Of a stretch of 64,000 nt of DNA, positions 48,733 through 57,578 are shown piece after piece. Under the pieces are notes generated by a model, which ran no database searches, was not told where the DNA came from, and saw only the letters and a list, made by a program, of their open reading frames with translations. The position numbers were made by a program, and so were the translations under genes. How positions within the stretch are numbered: the stretch's first letter is position 1; every line of letters starts with the position of its first letter. Source of the DNA: Candidatus Acidiferrum sp. (GTDB lineage Bacteria; Acidobacteriota; Terriglobia; Acidiferrales; UBA7541); the NCBI GenBank assembly GCA_035602505.1, contig DATNMD010000049.1, positions 8,784 through 72,783 on the forward strand. The letters are read 5' to 3'.

Positions 48733-49842
48733 TCACTGAATAAAATCCCCCGCCAGCCCCCAAAAATCATTCACGTAATAATGCGACAGCACATTCCCAA
48801 ACAGATAGCAGATCCCTTGGCATGGCGGAATCTCTCCGTACATCTTCTTTCCATTCGCAAAAATCTTTCGCAATGATCCATCCCGCAGCAAATTCCCCGC
48901 AATCTTCCGCAAAGGCTCGCAAGGATAAAACACGTCCCCGTTCGGATATACCCGCGGAAACATCGTCGGATAACACTGGAAATCGCGAAACCGCAGTAGC
49001 GTCTCAATCGTCTTGGGCGTTCCGTTGATCGGCTGCGTTCCAGCGCGGCGCCGCGCGATGATTTTGTCTACTAGCGCCTGATACTTTGCATTTCTCAGCA
49101 GCGCCAGATTAGGCATTTTCTCCATCTGCGCCGATTGCGCCGCGAACACAAAGTCCCGCTCGCCGCACCAATCCAGCAAGCGCTCCACTTCGCCGATATT
49201 CCACTCCTCGATCACCGTGCTGATGGTGATGCGCCGCGGACTCCCCAGCCGCTCCTTCGCAAACTCCAGGTTCTCCATTACCTTCGGCAAAGCCGCCGGT
49301 TTTGAAAGCTGATTCGTTGGATCCGCGGCCAGCGCGTCCAGGCTCACCACTAATCCCGTCACTCCCGAGAAAATTCCCGCCTTGCGGTCCAGCAACGTTC
49401 CATTCGTAATCAGCAGCACCGACCGAAACTTGCACTCGAATCGCGCCGCATGGACAATTTCCTCAATGTCGCTGCGCAGCGTCGGCTCTCCGCCCGTAAT
49501 CACGATCGAATCGCTCTCCTTCCGAATCTTTCGCAGCAACCGAATCGTGTCAGACGTCCCCAGTTCCTCGCTGAAAACGTCCGGCTCCTTCTGTGTGCAG
49601 TAAGTGCAAGCCAGGTTGCACTTGTGCGTCGCATAAAACGTCACCGCATAAGGCGCCACTACCTTCGTCCGCAAAACATGCCGCCGCCACCCATTCCGAA
49701 AATAAAGCCGGAAATTCTTCGCCACAAACGGCGCCTGCCGCACCAATCCGCGCAGTAGTTCGCGCTTCGACGGCACATGCCCAGCCGCCACGCGCTTGTC
49801 TAGCACGCTCACCGGCACAAAATTTGCAGTCTTCTCAGTCAT
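48733..49842 (-). CDS. Radical SAM protein with a probable SPASM/Twitch C-terminus
   Basis: CNLACTYC, ITGGEP and ITNG; C-terminal CYP...NGDVFYPC...C..IC. Confidence 0.9.
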   Translation of the reverse strand: MTEKTANFVPVSVLDKRVAAGHVPSKRELLRGLVRQAPFVAKNFRLYFRNGWRRHVLRTKVVAPYAVTFYATHKCNLACTYCTQKEPDVFSEELGTSDTIRLLRKIRKESDSIVITGGEPTLRSDIEEIVHAARFECKFRSVLLITNGTLLDRKAGIFSGVTGLVVSLDALAADPTNQLSKPAALPKVMENLEFAKERLGSPRRITISTVIEEWNIGEVERLLDWCGERDFVFAAQSAQMEKMPNLALLRNAKYQALVDKIIARRRAGTQPINGTPKTIETLLRFRDFQCYPTMFPRVYPNGDVFYPCEPLRKIAGNLLRDGSLRKIFANGKKMYGEIPPCQGICYLFGNVLSHYYVNDFWGLAGDFIQ

Positions 49843-49944
49843 ACTTCACACACCCAGCGTACAAGACGCGCCTCGCGGGACCAAGCGTATGGGGTGTTTA
49901 TCGCTGACAGCCATTTAGGTTATAGTCGCGCACCGTAAACGCTG

Positions 49945-52359
49945 ATGCGAAACCCTCGCAAAATTCTGGTCCCTACAGTCTTGGCTGGGTTAGCCATGAG
50001 CTCGGCCGCAATTCCAGCTCAAACCGCTTCGCACCTGCCACAATGGACGGCGCGCTGGATAACCTGCCCCGATGCGCCTGTGCGCGACGAGGCGGTGTTC
50101 CACTTTCGCAAGCTTTTCAAACTCGAAAACTCACCCGCGCATTTCATCGTGCACGTCAGCGCGGATAACCAGTTTCTTCTTTACGTCAATCAACACCGCG
50201 TCGGAAGCGGCCCTGTCCGCGCAGACCTTGCTCATTGGAGATTTGAAACCTATGACCTCGGCCCATATCTGCGCCCGGGAACAAATCTTCTGTCCGCCAC
50301 GGTCTGGAACTTCGGCGTGCACTCCGCGCTGGCCCAAATGAGCGATCGCACCGGATTGCTATTGCAGGGAGACACCGCAACCGAACAGGTCGCCGATACA
50401 AACGAAACATGGGAAGTCGAGCAAGAGAACGGCACCGCCGCCGCGGTTTCCAGCTTACCGCCGGACACCTATTTCGCTGCCGAGCCATCTGAGCGAATCG
50501 ATGCTGCGGCGTTCGACTGGGTGTGGAATACCGATTCGCAAGCCAATCTGAATCCGCGCTGGAAGAGAGCTGTTCTGATCGGTAAAGCTAGCCTGCGAGG
50601 CGAGCGTTTCCCCTCCACGAATTGGCAACTCATCCCCGATCCACTTCCCCACATGACAGTGGAGCTTGCTCCTGTTGGAACAGTTGTTCGCGCATCCGGA
50701 ATCGATCTCCCCTCGCAATTCCCGGACAAACCTTTCCGCGTCCCTGCCCACGCAAACGCCAGCATTCTTATCGACACGTCGCACCTGACCACTGCGTATC
50801 CGGAGCTAACCGTTACCGGTGGAGCGGGTAGCCTCATCCGCGCCACCTATGCGGAGGCGCTTTACGACGAGAAGGGCAACAAAGGGAACCGTAACGAGAT
50901 CGCCGCCAAACACATCGCAGGCCTCTGCGACGAATTTTTGCCCGACGGTCTGACCCGCACATTCGTTCCTCTAACCTGGAAAACGTGGCGCTTCCTCCAG
51001 TTGGATATCACGACCTCCAACGAAGCGTTGGAAGTCGACCGCCTCCGTTCCTGGTTCACTGCCTACCCTTTCGAGCAGCGCGGTCACTTCGACTCAGACG
51101 ATTCAACCCTGGATTCGATCTGGGAAATCGGTTGGCGGACTGTGCGTCTTGACGCTCACGACACGTACATGGACACTCCCTACTGGGAGCGCCTGCAATA
51201 TGTGGGAGACACGCGCATTCAGGCTTTGCTCTCCTACACTGTCGCCGGCGACGACCGCCTTGCCCGGCAAGCCATTCAGGCTTACAACGATTCACGCATT
51301 CCAGACGGCATCACGCAAAGCCGCTACCCTTCATCCTTGCCGCAATACATTCCCACCTTCTCCCTGTTGTGGATTGGCACGGTCCACGACTTCTGGCTCT
51401 ATCGTAATGATCCGGATTTTGTTCACGCACAGCTAGCCGGCACGCGCACGGTGTTGGACTGGTTTCTGCAACATCAACGCGCCGATGGCCTGCTTGGAAA
51501 ACTCCCCTGGTGGGTTTTCGTAGATTGGGCCGCCGACTTCAACGCCGGTGAGCCACCACAAGACGAAGACGGCGGTTCGGCCATTATCACACTGCAATTT
51601 ATGGAGGCCCTGCGGTACGGAGCAGAACTCGAAGAAGCCTGCGGTCTTCCCGCAAGGGCAGAGATGTATCGCGAAGCGGTGAACCGCGCGACCCAGGGCC
51701 TACGTAAACTGTGCTGGAGTCAAAAGTATGATTTGATTGCCGATACTCCCGCGCAAGCTCATTTCAGCCAGCACGCCAACATTCTTGGCATATGGCTAGA
51801 CGTCATCCCGCAAGAACAACAGCAAAGCGCACTTAAGAAGCTTCTTTCCGTAAGCGACACGCGTTTCAAGAGCAATTCAGCCCTTCCACCGATGTCGCAG
51901 GCCACCTACTATTTTCGTTTCTATCTCGCGCGCGCCTTGCAGCATGCTGGTTTGGGCAAGGAATATCTCCCGTTATTGCAGCCGTGGCGCAACATGCTCG
52001 CCCTCGGCCTGACCACATGGGCGGAACAGCCGGAGCCTACTCGCTCCGACTCCCACGCCTGGAGCGCTCATCCCAACTACGATCTGTTGACCATAGTTGC
52101 CGGAATTCGCCCCGCGAGCCCAGGATTTCGCACTGTAACTATCGAGCCGAATTTGGGGCCGCTCCACCACGTCGTCGGAACCATGCCGCACCCAAATGGC
52201 GAAATCAAAGTCGAATACACAAAAAAGGATGCCGCAGTCCATGCAGGAATCACTCTCCCGCCGGGCATTTCAGGCACGCTGCTGTGGGAAGGGAAGACCT
52301 ATCCACTCCACGAAGGCACGCAAATGATTGAAGTGCCTGGGCTGAGCACAACTCGGTGA
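49945..52359 (+). CDS. Secreted alpha-L-rhamnosidase (GH78)-like protein
   Basis: Signal peptide, VSADNQF, DTPYWERLQYVGDTR, GLTTWAE and SDSHAWS. Confidence 0.9.
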   Translation: MRNPRKILVPTVLAGLAMSSAAIPAQTASHLPQWTARWITCPDAPVRDEAVFHFRKLFKLENSPAHFIVHVSADNQFLLYVNQHRVGSGPVRADLAHWRFETYDLGPYLRPGTNLLSATVWNFGVHSALAQMSDRTGLLLQGDTATEQVADTNETWEVEQENGTAAAVSSLPPDTYFAAEPSERIDAAAFDWVWNTDSQANLNPRWKRAVLIGKASLRGERFPSTNWQLIPDPLPHMTVELAPVGTVVRASGIDLPSQFPDKPFRVPAHANASILIDTSHLTTAYPELTVTGGAGSLIRATYAEALYDEKGNKGNRNEIAAKHIAGLCDEFLPDGLTRTFVPLTWKTWRFLQLDITTSNEALEVDRLRSWFTAYPFEQRGHFDSDDSTLDSIWEIGWRTVRLDAHDTYMDTPYWERLQYVGDTRIQALLSYTVAGDDRLARQAIQAYNDSRIPDGITQSRYPSSLPQYIPTFSLLWIGTVHDFWLYRNDPDFVHAQLAGTRTVLDWFLQHQRADGLLGKLPWWVFVDWAADFNAGEPPQDEDGGSAIITLQFMEALRYGAELEEACGLPARAEMYREAVNRATQGLRKLCWSQKYDLIADTPAQAHFSQHANILGIWLDVIPQEQQQSALKKLLSVSDTRFKSNSALPPMSQATYYFRFYLARALQHAGLGKEYLPLLQPWRNMLALGLTTWAEQPEPTRSDSHAWSAHPNYDLLTIVAGIRPASPGFRTVTIEPNLGPLHHVVGTMPHPNGEIKVEYTKKDAAVHAGITLPPGISGTLLWEGKTYPLHEGTQMIEVPGLSTTR

Positions 52360-52383
52360 AGATGCCCAGTCCAGTCTGTGAAG

Positions 52384-52599
52384 CTAGCGCAGCTTTGAGA
52401 ACTCCTCGACAGAGATTCCAAGCTGTCGAAGGATTTTAAAGAAAAGCGGTGGACCGATTTCGCGGCCACCATGTATGGGTATGGTTACAGCTCGGCCATC
52501 AGAATGATTCCATCTTTCATGGCTGCCTGTTTGCCTCGTCAAAACGAATCCTAGAAGCCGCGCGATACGTTGGAAGTCGCGCGCCGTCGCGCTAGGCAT
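52384..52599 (-). CDS. hicA: Type II toxin, HicA family
   Basis: LGF..RQTGSH.RW....VTIPIH..IL.QLG; 71 aa. Confidence 0.9.
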   Translation of the reverse strand: MPSATARDFQRIARLLGFVLTRQTGSHERWNHSDGRAVTIPIHGGREIGPPLFFKILRQLGISVEEFSKLR

Positions 52600-52804
52600 T
52601 CACTATCTCAGTCGTGTCGGAAGGCAGGCTAAGGCCCTTTTCGCGATACTCCTCGGCGATAAGCCCAAAGACGTTGCTCAATTCTGCCAGCGCTGCTTCT
52701 CTCGTTTCCATCAGTGCGTAGCAACCGGCAATCGCCGGAATCTCGGCGACCCACGAACCGTCCTGCTGTCGATAAAGAACAGTCTTGTAATCTTCTAATT
52801 TCAT
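52592..52804 (-). CDS. hicB: Type II antitoxin, HicB family (short, no DNA-binding domain)
   Basis: DGSWVAEIPAIAGC...T.E.A..E...P; overlaps hicA by 8 nt. Confidence 0.88.
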   Translation of the reverse strand: MKLEDYKTVLYRQQDGSWVAEIPAIAGCYALMETREAALAELSNVFGLIAEEYREKGLSLPSDTTEIVNA

Positions 52805-52857
52805 GTTGCCTAAAGAAATTATACGCCAGAACCAGTCGCTGCCCAGGCGGATCGGAA

Positions 52858-54027
52858 CTAATCCGTGAACACCACGCCTACCGCTGTCTGACCCTTCTCT
52901 GTTTCTCCGTCGATTCGCACCACGTACCCGCGCAGTTGCATCTGCTGCATTCCGTTTATACCCGGTGTCTCCATCGTCACCTGAAGCTCGGACTGCAATC
53001 GAGGGCTGTGCTTCAAGGAAATCAGTGCACCCTGCAGCGACAAGTCCCTCACCACCGTATCCTCTTCAAACGCGTGCCCGCCTTCCGTTACGCCGCAAAC
53101 GTGCGCCCGGAATTGAGCCTCACGCCGCAAAGCCGTGCGGCTCCCCGGCATGTGTGCTTCCACGCGCTCCCCGGGCGCGCCCAGGGTAATCACCATGCCT
53201 TCGCTAGCAGCAAACACGGAATCGAACTCCTCCCGCGCATGCTTCAAAATCGTATCCACAATACGGTCCGTCGAATCCGGATCGTGATGAAACAGCACCA
53301 GCGTCTTCGCGCCCACTTCTCTCGCAACGCGCGCCCCATCGAGCCAGCTCGAATGGCCCCAACCCCGCCGTGTGCTCGCCAGTTGCTCCGGCGTGTACTG
53401 CGCGTCGTTGATGAAAATGTCCGCGCCTGCCGCTAATTCCCGCAGGCTCTGGTCCAGCTTCGCGTCGCCTGGCTCGTTGTCCGTCGCATACACCACCGAC
53501 CCCGCCGGCGTATCGATGCGAAATCCCAGACACCCCTGCGGATGGTTCAGCCACCCCGCGGTAATTTCATTCTCCCCAATTCGAAACGTGTCCCCGCCAT
53601 CCACCTCTTTGAACTTCCGCTTCGCGCTCATCGCGGACATGTCCACCGGAAAATACGGCACGGCCATCTGCGCTTCGAACACCTGCTTCAAGCTATCGCG
53701 TCCCAAAAATTTCGACCGAAAACTGTAAAAGTGAAATTCATTGTTCTCCGCATACAGCGGAGCAAAAAACGGGATTCCCTGGATGTGGTCCCAGTGGTAG
53801 TGCGTGACAAAAATATGCGTCTCCGCGGAACTTCCCGCGCTCGGCGAACTTCCGCGGTTCCCTAGCATGCGCAAACCCGTGCCGCAATCCAGAATGAATT
53901 GCGTGCCGTCCGGCGCAATTAGCTCCAGGCAAGGCGTGTTTCCGCCGTAGCGCCAAGTCGACGGATCCACCGTCGGCGTGGAGCCTCTCACACCCCAGAA
54001 GCTCAACTTGGCAAAGGGAGCGGTCAT
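52858..54027 (-). CDS. MBL-fold metallo-hydrolase fused to a C-terminal PilZ domain
   Basis: FWGVRGS, YGGNTPC, DCGTG, THYHWDH and FHHDP; then RTALR (RxxxR) and DLSLQG (DxSxxG). Confidence 0.85.
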   Translation of the reverse strand: MTAPFAKLSFWGVRGSTPTVDPSTWRYGGNTPCLELIAPDGTQFILDCGTGLRMLGNRGSSPSAGSSAETHIFVTHYHWDHIQGIPFFAPLYAENNEFHFYSFRSKFLGRDSLKQVFEAQMAVPYFPVDMSAMSAKRKFKEVDGGDTFRIGENEITAGWLNHPQGCLGFRIDTPAGSVVYATDNEPGDAKLDQSLRELAAGADIFINDAQYTPEQLASTRRGWGHSSWLDGARVAREVGAKTLVLFHHDPDSTDRIVDTILKHAREEFDSVFAASEGMVITLGAPGERVEAHMPGSRTALRREAQFRAHVCGVTEGGHAFEEDTVVRDLSLQGALISLKHSPRLQSELQVTMETPGINGMQQMQLRGYVVRIDGETEKGQTAVGVVFTD

Positions 54028-54210
54028 CTCTCTCCGCGTACCGGCCTCGCAGCCAGACCTCTGCGCGTACGCGTGCAATCAGGAAGCTCATTTGATGTTG
54101 GCAGCGAAGCTGGGGAGCGTCAACGAAATCAAGGCGGGGAAGTGTCAAACTGCGTAATAAGCCTGCGGCCGTGCTGCGCGGCGCTGTTCGAACGCGTAGA
54201 ATATTTCTGG

Positions 54211-55215
54211 ATGCACCAGCACTCTCACGGACCGGCTATCCAGCCCTGCGATTCTTCCGAATCCACGCAGCAGGGCCACGGGCATTTTGGTCATTCCCAT
54301 CACGGCCACGCTCATGCCCACCCGCATCCCACCTTAAAACCGTCCGTGCTCGGTTGGGCTATGGCCGCCACTCTCGGCCTGGTCGTGGCCGAAGTTGTTG
54401 GCGGCCTTCTCGGCCGCTCCGTCGCTCTCCTCAATGACGCGGTCCACAATCTTTCCGACGTTCCTGCCCTCGGCATTTCCTGGCTCGCCATGCGCTGGGC
54501 TCAGCGCCCCGCGGACTCGGAGAAAACATACGGCTACCATCGCGCCGGCACGCTTGCCGCTTTCACCAATGCGCTCGTGCTGGTGATTCTGTCGCTGTGG
54601 CTCGGCTACGAAGCGTTCCAACGCTTGCGCGCTCCCGTCAACGTCGTCGAAAGCTGGATGATCTGGACCTCGCTCGCAGCACTCGCCGTCAACGGTGGCA
54701 TCACCCTCGCGTTGGTACGCGGCCGCAACGATCTGAATCTGCGCAGCATTTTGATCCACAATTTTGGCGACGCTCTCTCCAATATCGCCATCATCGCCGG
54801 CGCCATTGCTATTCGAATGACCGGCGCGGAATGGCTCGACCCCGTCCTCGGCCTCGCCATTGGCATCCTTGTCCTCTGGTCCAGTATTGGAATCTTGCGC
54901 GAATCTTCCCATATTTTGCTGGAAGGGCGCCCGCGCGAAATGCACGTGGAAGAAGTCGCGCGCGCGATGCTTACCATTGAAGGCGTGCAGGAAGTTCACG
55001 ACGTGCACATCTGGTCGTTGGGCGGAGGGCACAACGCGCTTAGCTTGCACGCGCGCGTGCCAGATATGCACATGGACGAATGCGAACGCATCCTGATTTC
55101 TATCCAGGAAAAAGCGGCGAAGAATTTTCAGATTGATCACACTACGGTGCAGTTGGAGCGCGCCGGGCTTCCCGCCACCTCGGGGTACGTGATGCCGGAG
55201 CCCGCGAAAAAATAA
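54211..55215 (+). CDS. Cation diffusion facilitator (CzcD/ZitB-like)
   Basis: His-rich N-terminus, DAVHNLSD, TYGY.R, HNFGD and VHDVHIW. Confidence 0.92.
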   Translation: MHQHSHGPAIQPCDSSESTQQGHGHFGHSHHGHAHAHPHPTLKPSVLGWAMAATLGLVVAEVVGGLLGRSVALLNDAVHNLSDVPALGISWLAMRWAQRPADSEKTYGYHRAGTLAAFTNALVLVILSLWLGYEAFQRLRAPVNVVESWMIWTSLAALAVNGGITLALVRGRNDLNLRSILIHNFGDALSNIAIIAGAIAIRMTGAEWLDPVLGLAIGILVLWSSIGILRESSHILLEGRPREMHVEEVARAMLTIEGVQEVHDVHIWSLGGGHNALSLHARVPDMHMDECERILISIQEKAAKNFQIDHTTVQLERAGLPATSGYVMPEPAKK

Positions 55216-55314
55216 GTGAGCCGTCGCGTCTTGAGGCGATCTGTGCAGCGCCAGTGAGTCTTAATCTAGCCGGTATTCAGACTCGGCATTTCAGACTGGC
55301 GCGTCAGCCCGCGT

Positions 55315-56115
55315 TTAGGCTGGCGAGCGGAAATTCAGGCCGCGCTGCTCGTTGAATTGCTGTGTGGCGTTCAGATCGAGCGCATCGCGTGCAATACTGC
55401 GGCGCAGTCCATCGGGGGTGACGTAGCGCAGTGTGCCGTTCTCCCACGCATACGCCACGGCAAAGACCAGTCCGCCGTCGCGGCGCACAAAAACATATTG
55501 CTCGACATCACGCGGCGGTGCGGGCGCGCTCTCTGGTTGTACCTCGGCCGAACGCGAGGCTGGCGAGCGCCGCGGTGCACGCTGCAACGGCGGCGCATCC
55601 TCTGCGATTGCCTGTTCGTCCGCTGCGGAAGGTTGCGCGTCTGCGGCCTGTGATTCCGCTGCGGGCGCTTCCTCCACGATCACAGGTGGAGTCAACAGAA
55701 AGCCGCTGAATCCGAAGGGAGCTCCGCCGTCAAATCTGCGGCCGTGCCCGCGCCGGTTGCCGCTGATCGCCGCGAGGTGCGGATAATCAAATCCCAAGCC
55801 GGGGACATCCTGGAAGTCTGTCCCGTTGAAATTCCCGTTGGATCCGAAATTTGCGCTGTTACCGCGACGGATGGGACGACCCGTATTTCGCCCATGCGCG
55901 ATGGGTCCGCCAACTCTGGCGGCGCTTTGCATTCCCGATTGCGCTCGCGCGCTTGCGTGCGCTGCAGCCGGAGCCGCTCGAGGTATCGCGGTCGCAGGAC
56001 GGCTTGGGCCCACCGCTGCCGCCGGCGTCGAAGCGCCTGGGCCGCCGCGATGCTGCGCCGCGGCAAATGTTGGAACCGTGAGAGCAATTATTGCAAGTAT
56101 TGAAAGGCGACTCAT
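55315..56115 (-). CDS. Exported Gly/Ala/Pro-rich hypothetical protein
   Basis: Signal peptide MSRLSILAIIALTVPTFAAAQ, low-complexity middle, ordered C-terminal domain (YVFVRRDG...DLNATQQFNEQRG). Confidence 0.7.
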   Translation of the reverse strand: MSRLSILAIIALTVPTFAAAQHRGGPGASTPAAAVGPSRPATAIPRAAPAAAHASARAQSGMQSAARVGGPIAHGRNTGRPIRRGNSANFGSNGNFNGTDFQDVPGLGFDYPHLAAISGNRRGHGRRFDGGAPFGFSGFLLTPPVIVEEAPAAESQAADAQPSAADEQAIAEDAPPLQRAPRRSPASRSAEVQPESAPAPPRDVEQYVFVRRDGGLVFAVAYAWENGTLRYVTPDGLRRSIARDALDLNATQQFNEQRGLNFRSPA

Positions 56116-56310
56116 GACCGAACCTCTTCTCATCCCCCACAACCCTTTATTGCTCTTACTAGAAAGATGCGCCGCACAGAGCATTGGTTACCACTGAGCC
56201 TTGCACTTCAGCCTCTGCTCACGCGAGGTTTCGCCGCAGTCGGCGCAGGCAGAAGCTGGTGCTACTGGCGCTTCTCCCTTGCAGGGGGATGTGCTATAAC
56301 CGTCCCCGCC

Positions 56311-56529
56311 GTGGAACATGCCGTGAAGCCAGGGTCGGCGCCGGTTCGGCCGGAGCCTGCGGGGAGCGCATCTTCGCAGCTCGCGGCGCACGCGGAACAG
56401 AGCGCGGTTGCCCCCGAGGAAGATGCTTCGCAATATTGTCCCGTCTGCTCCCAGCGGCTGGAATCGCGGAGCTGCAAACTGATTTGCGCGGTGTGTGGCT
56501 ATTACATGTCTTGCGCGGACTATTACTGA
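56311..56529 (+). CDS. Small zinc-ribbon protein
   Basis: CPVC..RLESRSCKLIC..CGYYMSC; start uncertain (GTG 56311 follows TATAAC). Confidence 0.7.
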   Translation: MEHAVKPGSAPVRPEPAGSASSQLAAHAEQSAVAPEEDASQYCPVCSQRLESRSCKLICAVCGYYMSCADYY

Positions 56530-56589
56530 TATGCTTTGCGGGTCCGGCCCGGTTGCCGCTGGAACCGCGATCGACGAGGAGAGAACAAC

Positions 56590-56949
56590 ATGGCACTCAA
56601 GATGACGAACCGCGAAGTGGATGGCGTGGCTGTGGTGGCGCTGGATGGGCGCATCGTGCTCGGGGAAGAGAGCAACGCGCTTCGCGAAAAAGTGAAAAGC
56701 CTGATCGCCGGCGGGAAAAAGAAAATCATTCTCAACATGGACAACGTGACCTTCATTGACAGCGCCGGGCTCGGCACGCTTGTCGCCGCGCATCACAGCG
56801 CGAAGTCGCAAGGCGCAGCGCTCAAGCTGTGCCACTTGGGCAGCAAGTTTCAGGAAGTTTTGCAAATCACCAAGCTCCTGACGGTTTTCGACGTGTACAA
56901 CACGGAAGCCGAAGCGGTGGGCAGCTTCTCCAAAGGTGCCGGCGCATAA
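56590..56949 (+). CDS. STAS domain anti-sigma-factor antagonist
   Basis: LDGRIVLGEES..LR, VTFIDSAGLG.L and LQITKLLTVF; AGGAG upstream. Confidence 0.93.
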   Translation: MALKMTNREVDGVAVVALDGRIVLGEESNALREKVKSLIAGGKKKIILNMDNVTFIDSAGLGTLVAAHHSAKSQGAALKLCHLGSKFQEVLQITKLLTVFDVYNTEAEAVGSFSKGAGA

Positions 56950-57026
56950 TCGACGCGTAGCTGATTGCAATTGTGAAGAGGGCACGCGTCTGCGCGCCCT
57001 GCTGTTTCCTTCTGTACCACCGCGCA

Positions 57027-57442
57027 TACCCCACACCCCCGGTGTTTTGCAAAAAAGAGGCTGGAAGCTCTTGAAAATAAGGGACGGGAGTGCGGAAAAG
57101 AGGGCAAAGAGAGGCGAAAGAGGCCGCAACTGTCTGTAGGCAAAAGAGTCGGCGTTTCCGAAGGCCTGAATGGCCGAGAGTTTGGGAACGGCGAGGGGTA
57201 CACCCCCCGTGGCGACGTGAAGTATGCGCAACGTGCTGAGAATGGGAGAGATATTGACGCCACGTGGTACAGATGATGGAGGGAGTGGTGGCTGGTTACG
57301 AGAAGACACGCGGGGTTGCGGGGGAAAGGAGGGACGAAACGGGGCCACTGTCAGCAGAACCTTGGTTTAGAGGTTACCGCATCCGTTACTATTTGTCAAG
57401 TGAGAAATTAAAGACTGTGGATTGAATGGGTTGCGCGTGAGC
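57027..57442 (-). repeat. Promoter-led intergenic element, copy C
   Basis: ~140 bp 5' part homologous to copy B (46 bp identical), internal GGGGGGTGTACCCC (57208-57195), degenerate motif TCCCTTATTTTCAAGAGCTTCCAG, and end GCAAAACACCGGGGGTGTGGGGTA. Confidence 0.85.
57371..57399 (-). promoter_or_regulatory. Near-consensus sigma70 promoter in element C
   Basis: TTGACA (57399-57394), 17 nt spacer, TAACCT (57376-57371). Confidence 0.8.
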
Positions 57443-57578
57443 ATGGGAGCGAACCCAGAAGCAGGAAAAAGAAGAACCGAGTGTCCTACCCTTTTTCCCA
57501 ACCGAGCGGGGGACACCCGCCATTAGAATGATATTCTATGCCATTCTCCCCTTTGTAATCCGATCGAGTGAACACAAC

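Noticed and set aside
48733-49842. HpnH hopanoid radical SAM call
   Set aside because: It lacks the recognisable HpnH LEPLFRCNLAC context, and no hpn genes are adjacent.
56188-57348. 386 aa minus-strand ORF
   Set aside because: It starts inside element C, then runs antisense through the well-supported STAS and Zn-ribbon genes; no domain-like sequence.
46788-57442. Composite transposon/IS call
   Set aside because: No transposase or integrase is inside or adjacent and no target-site duplication was found; kept only as a repeat-flanked block.
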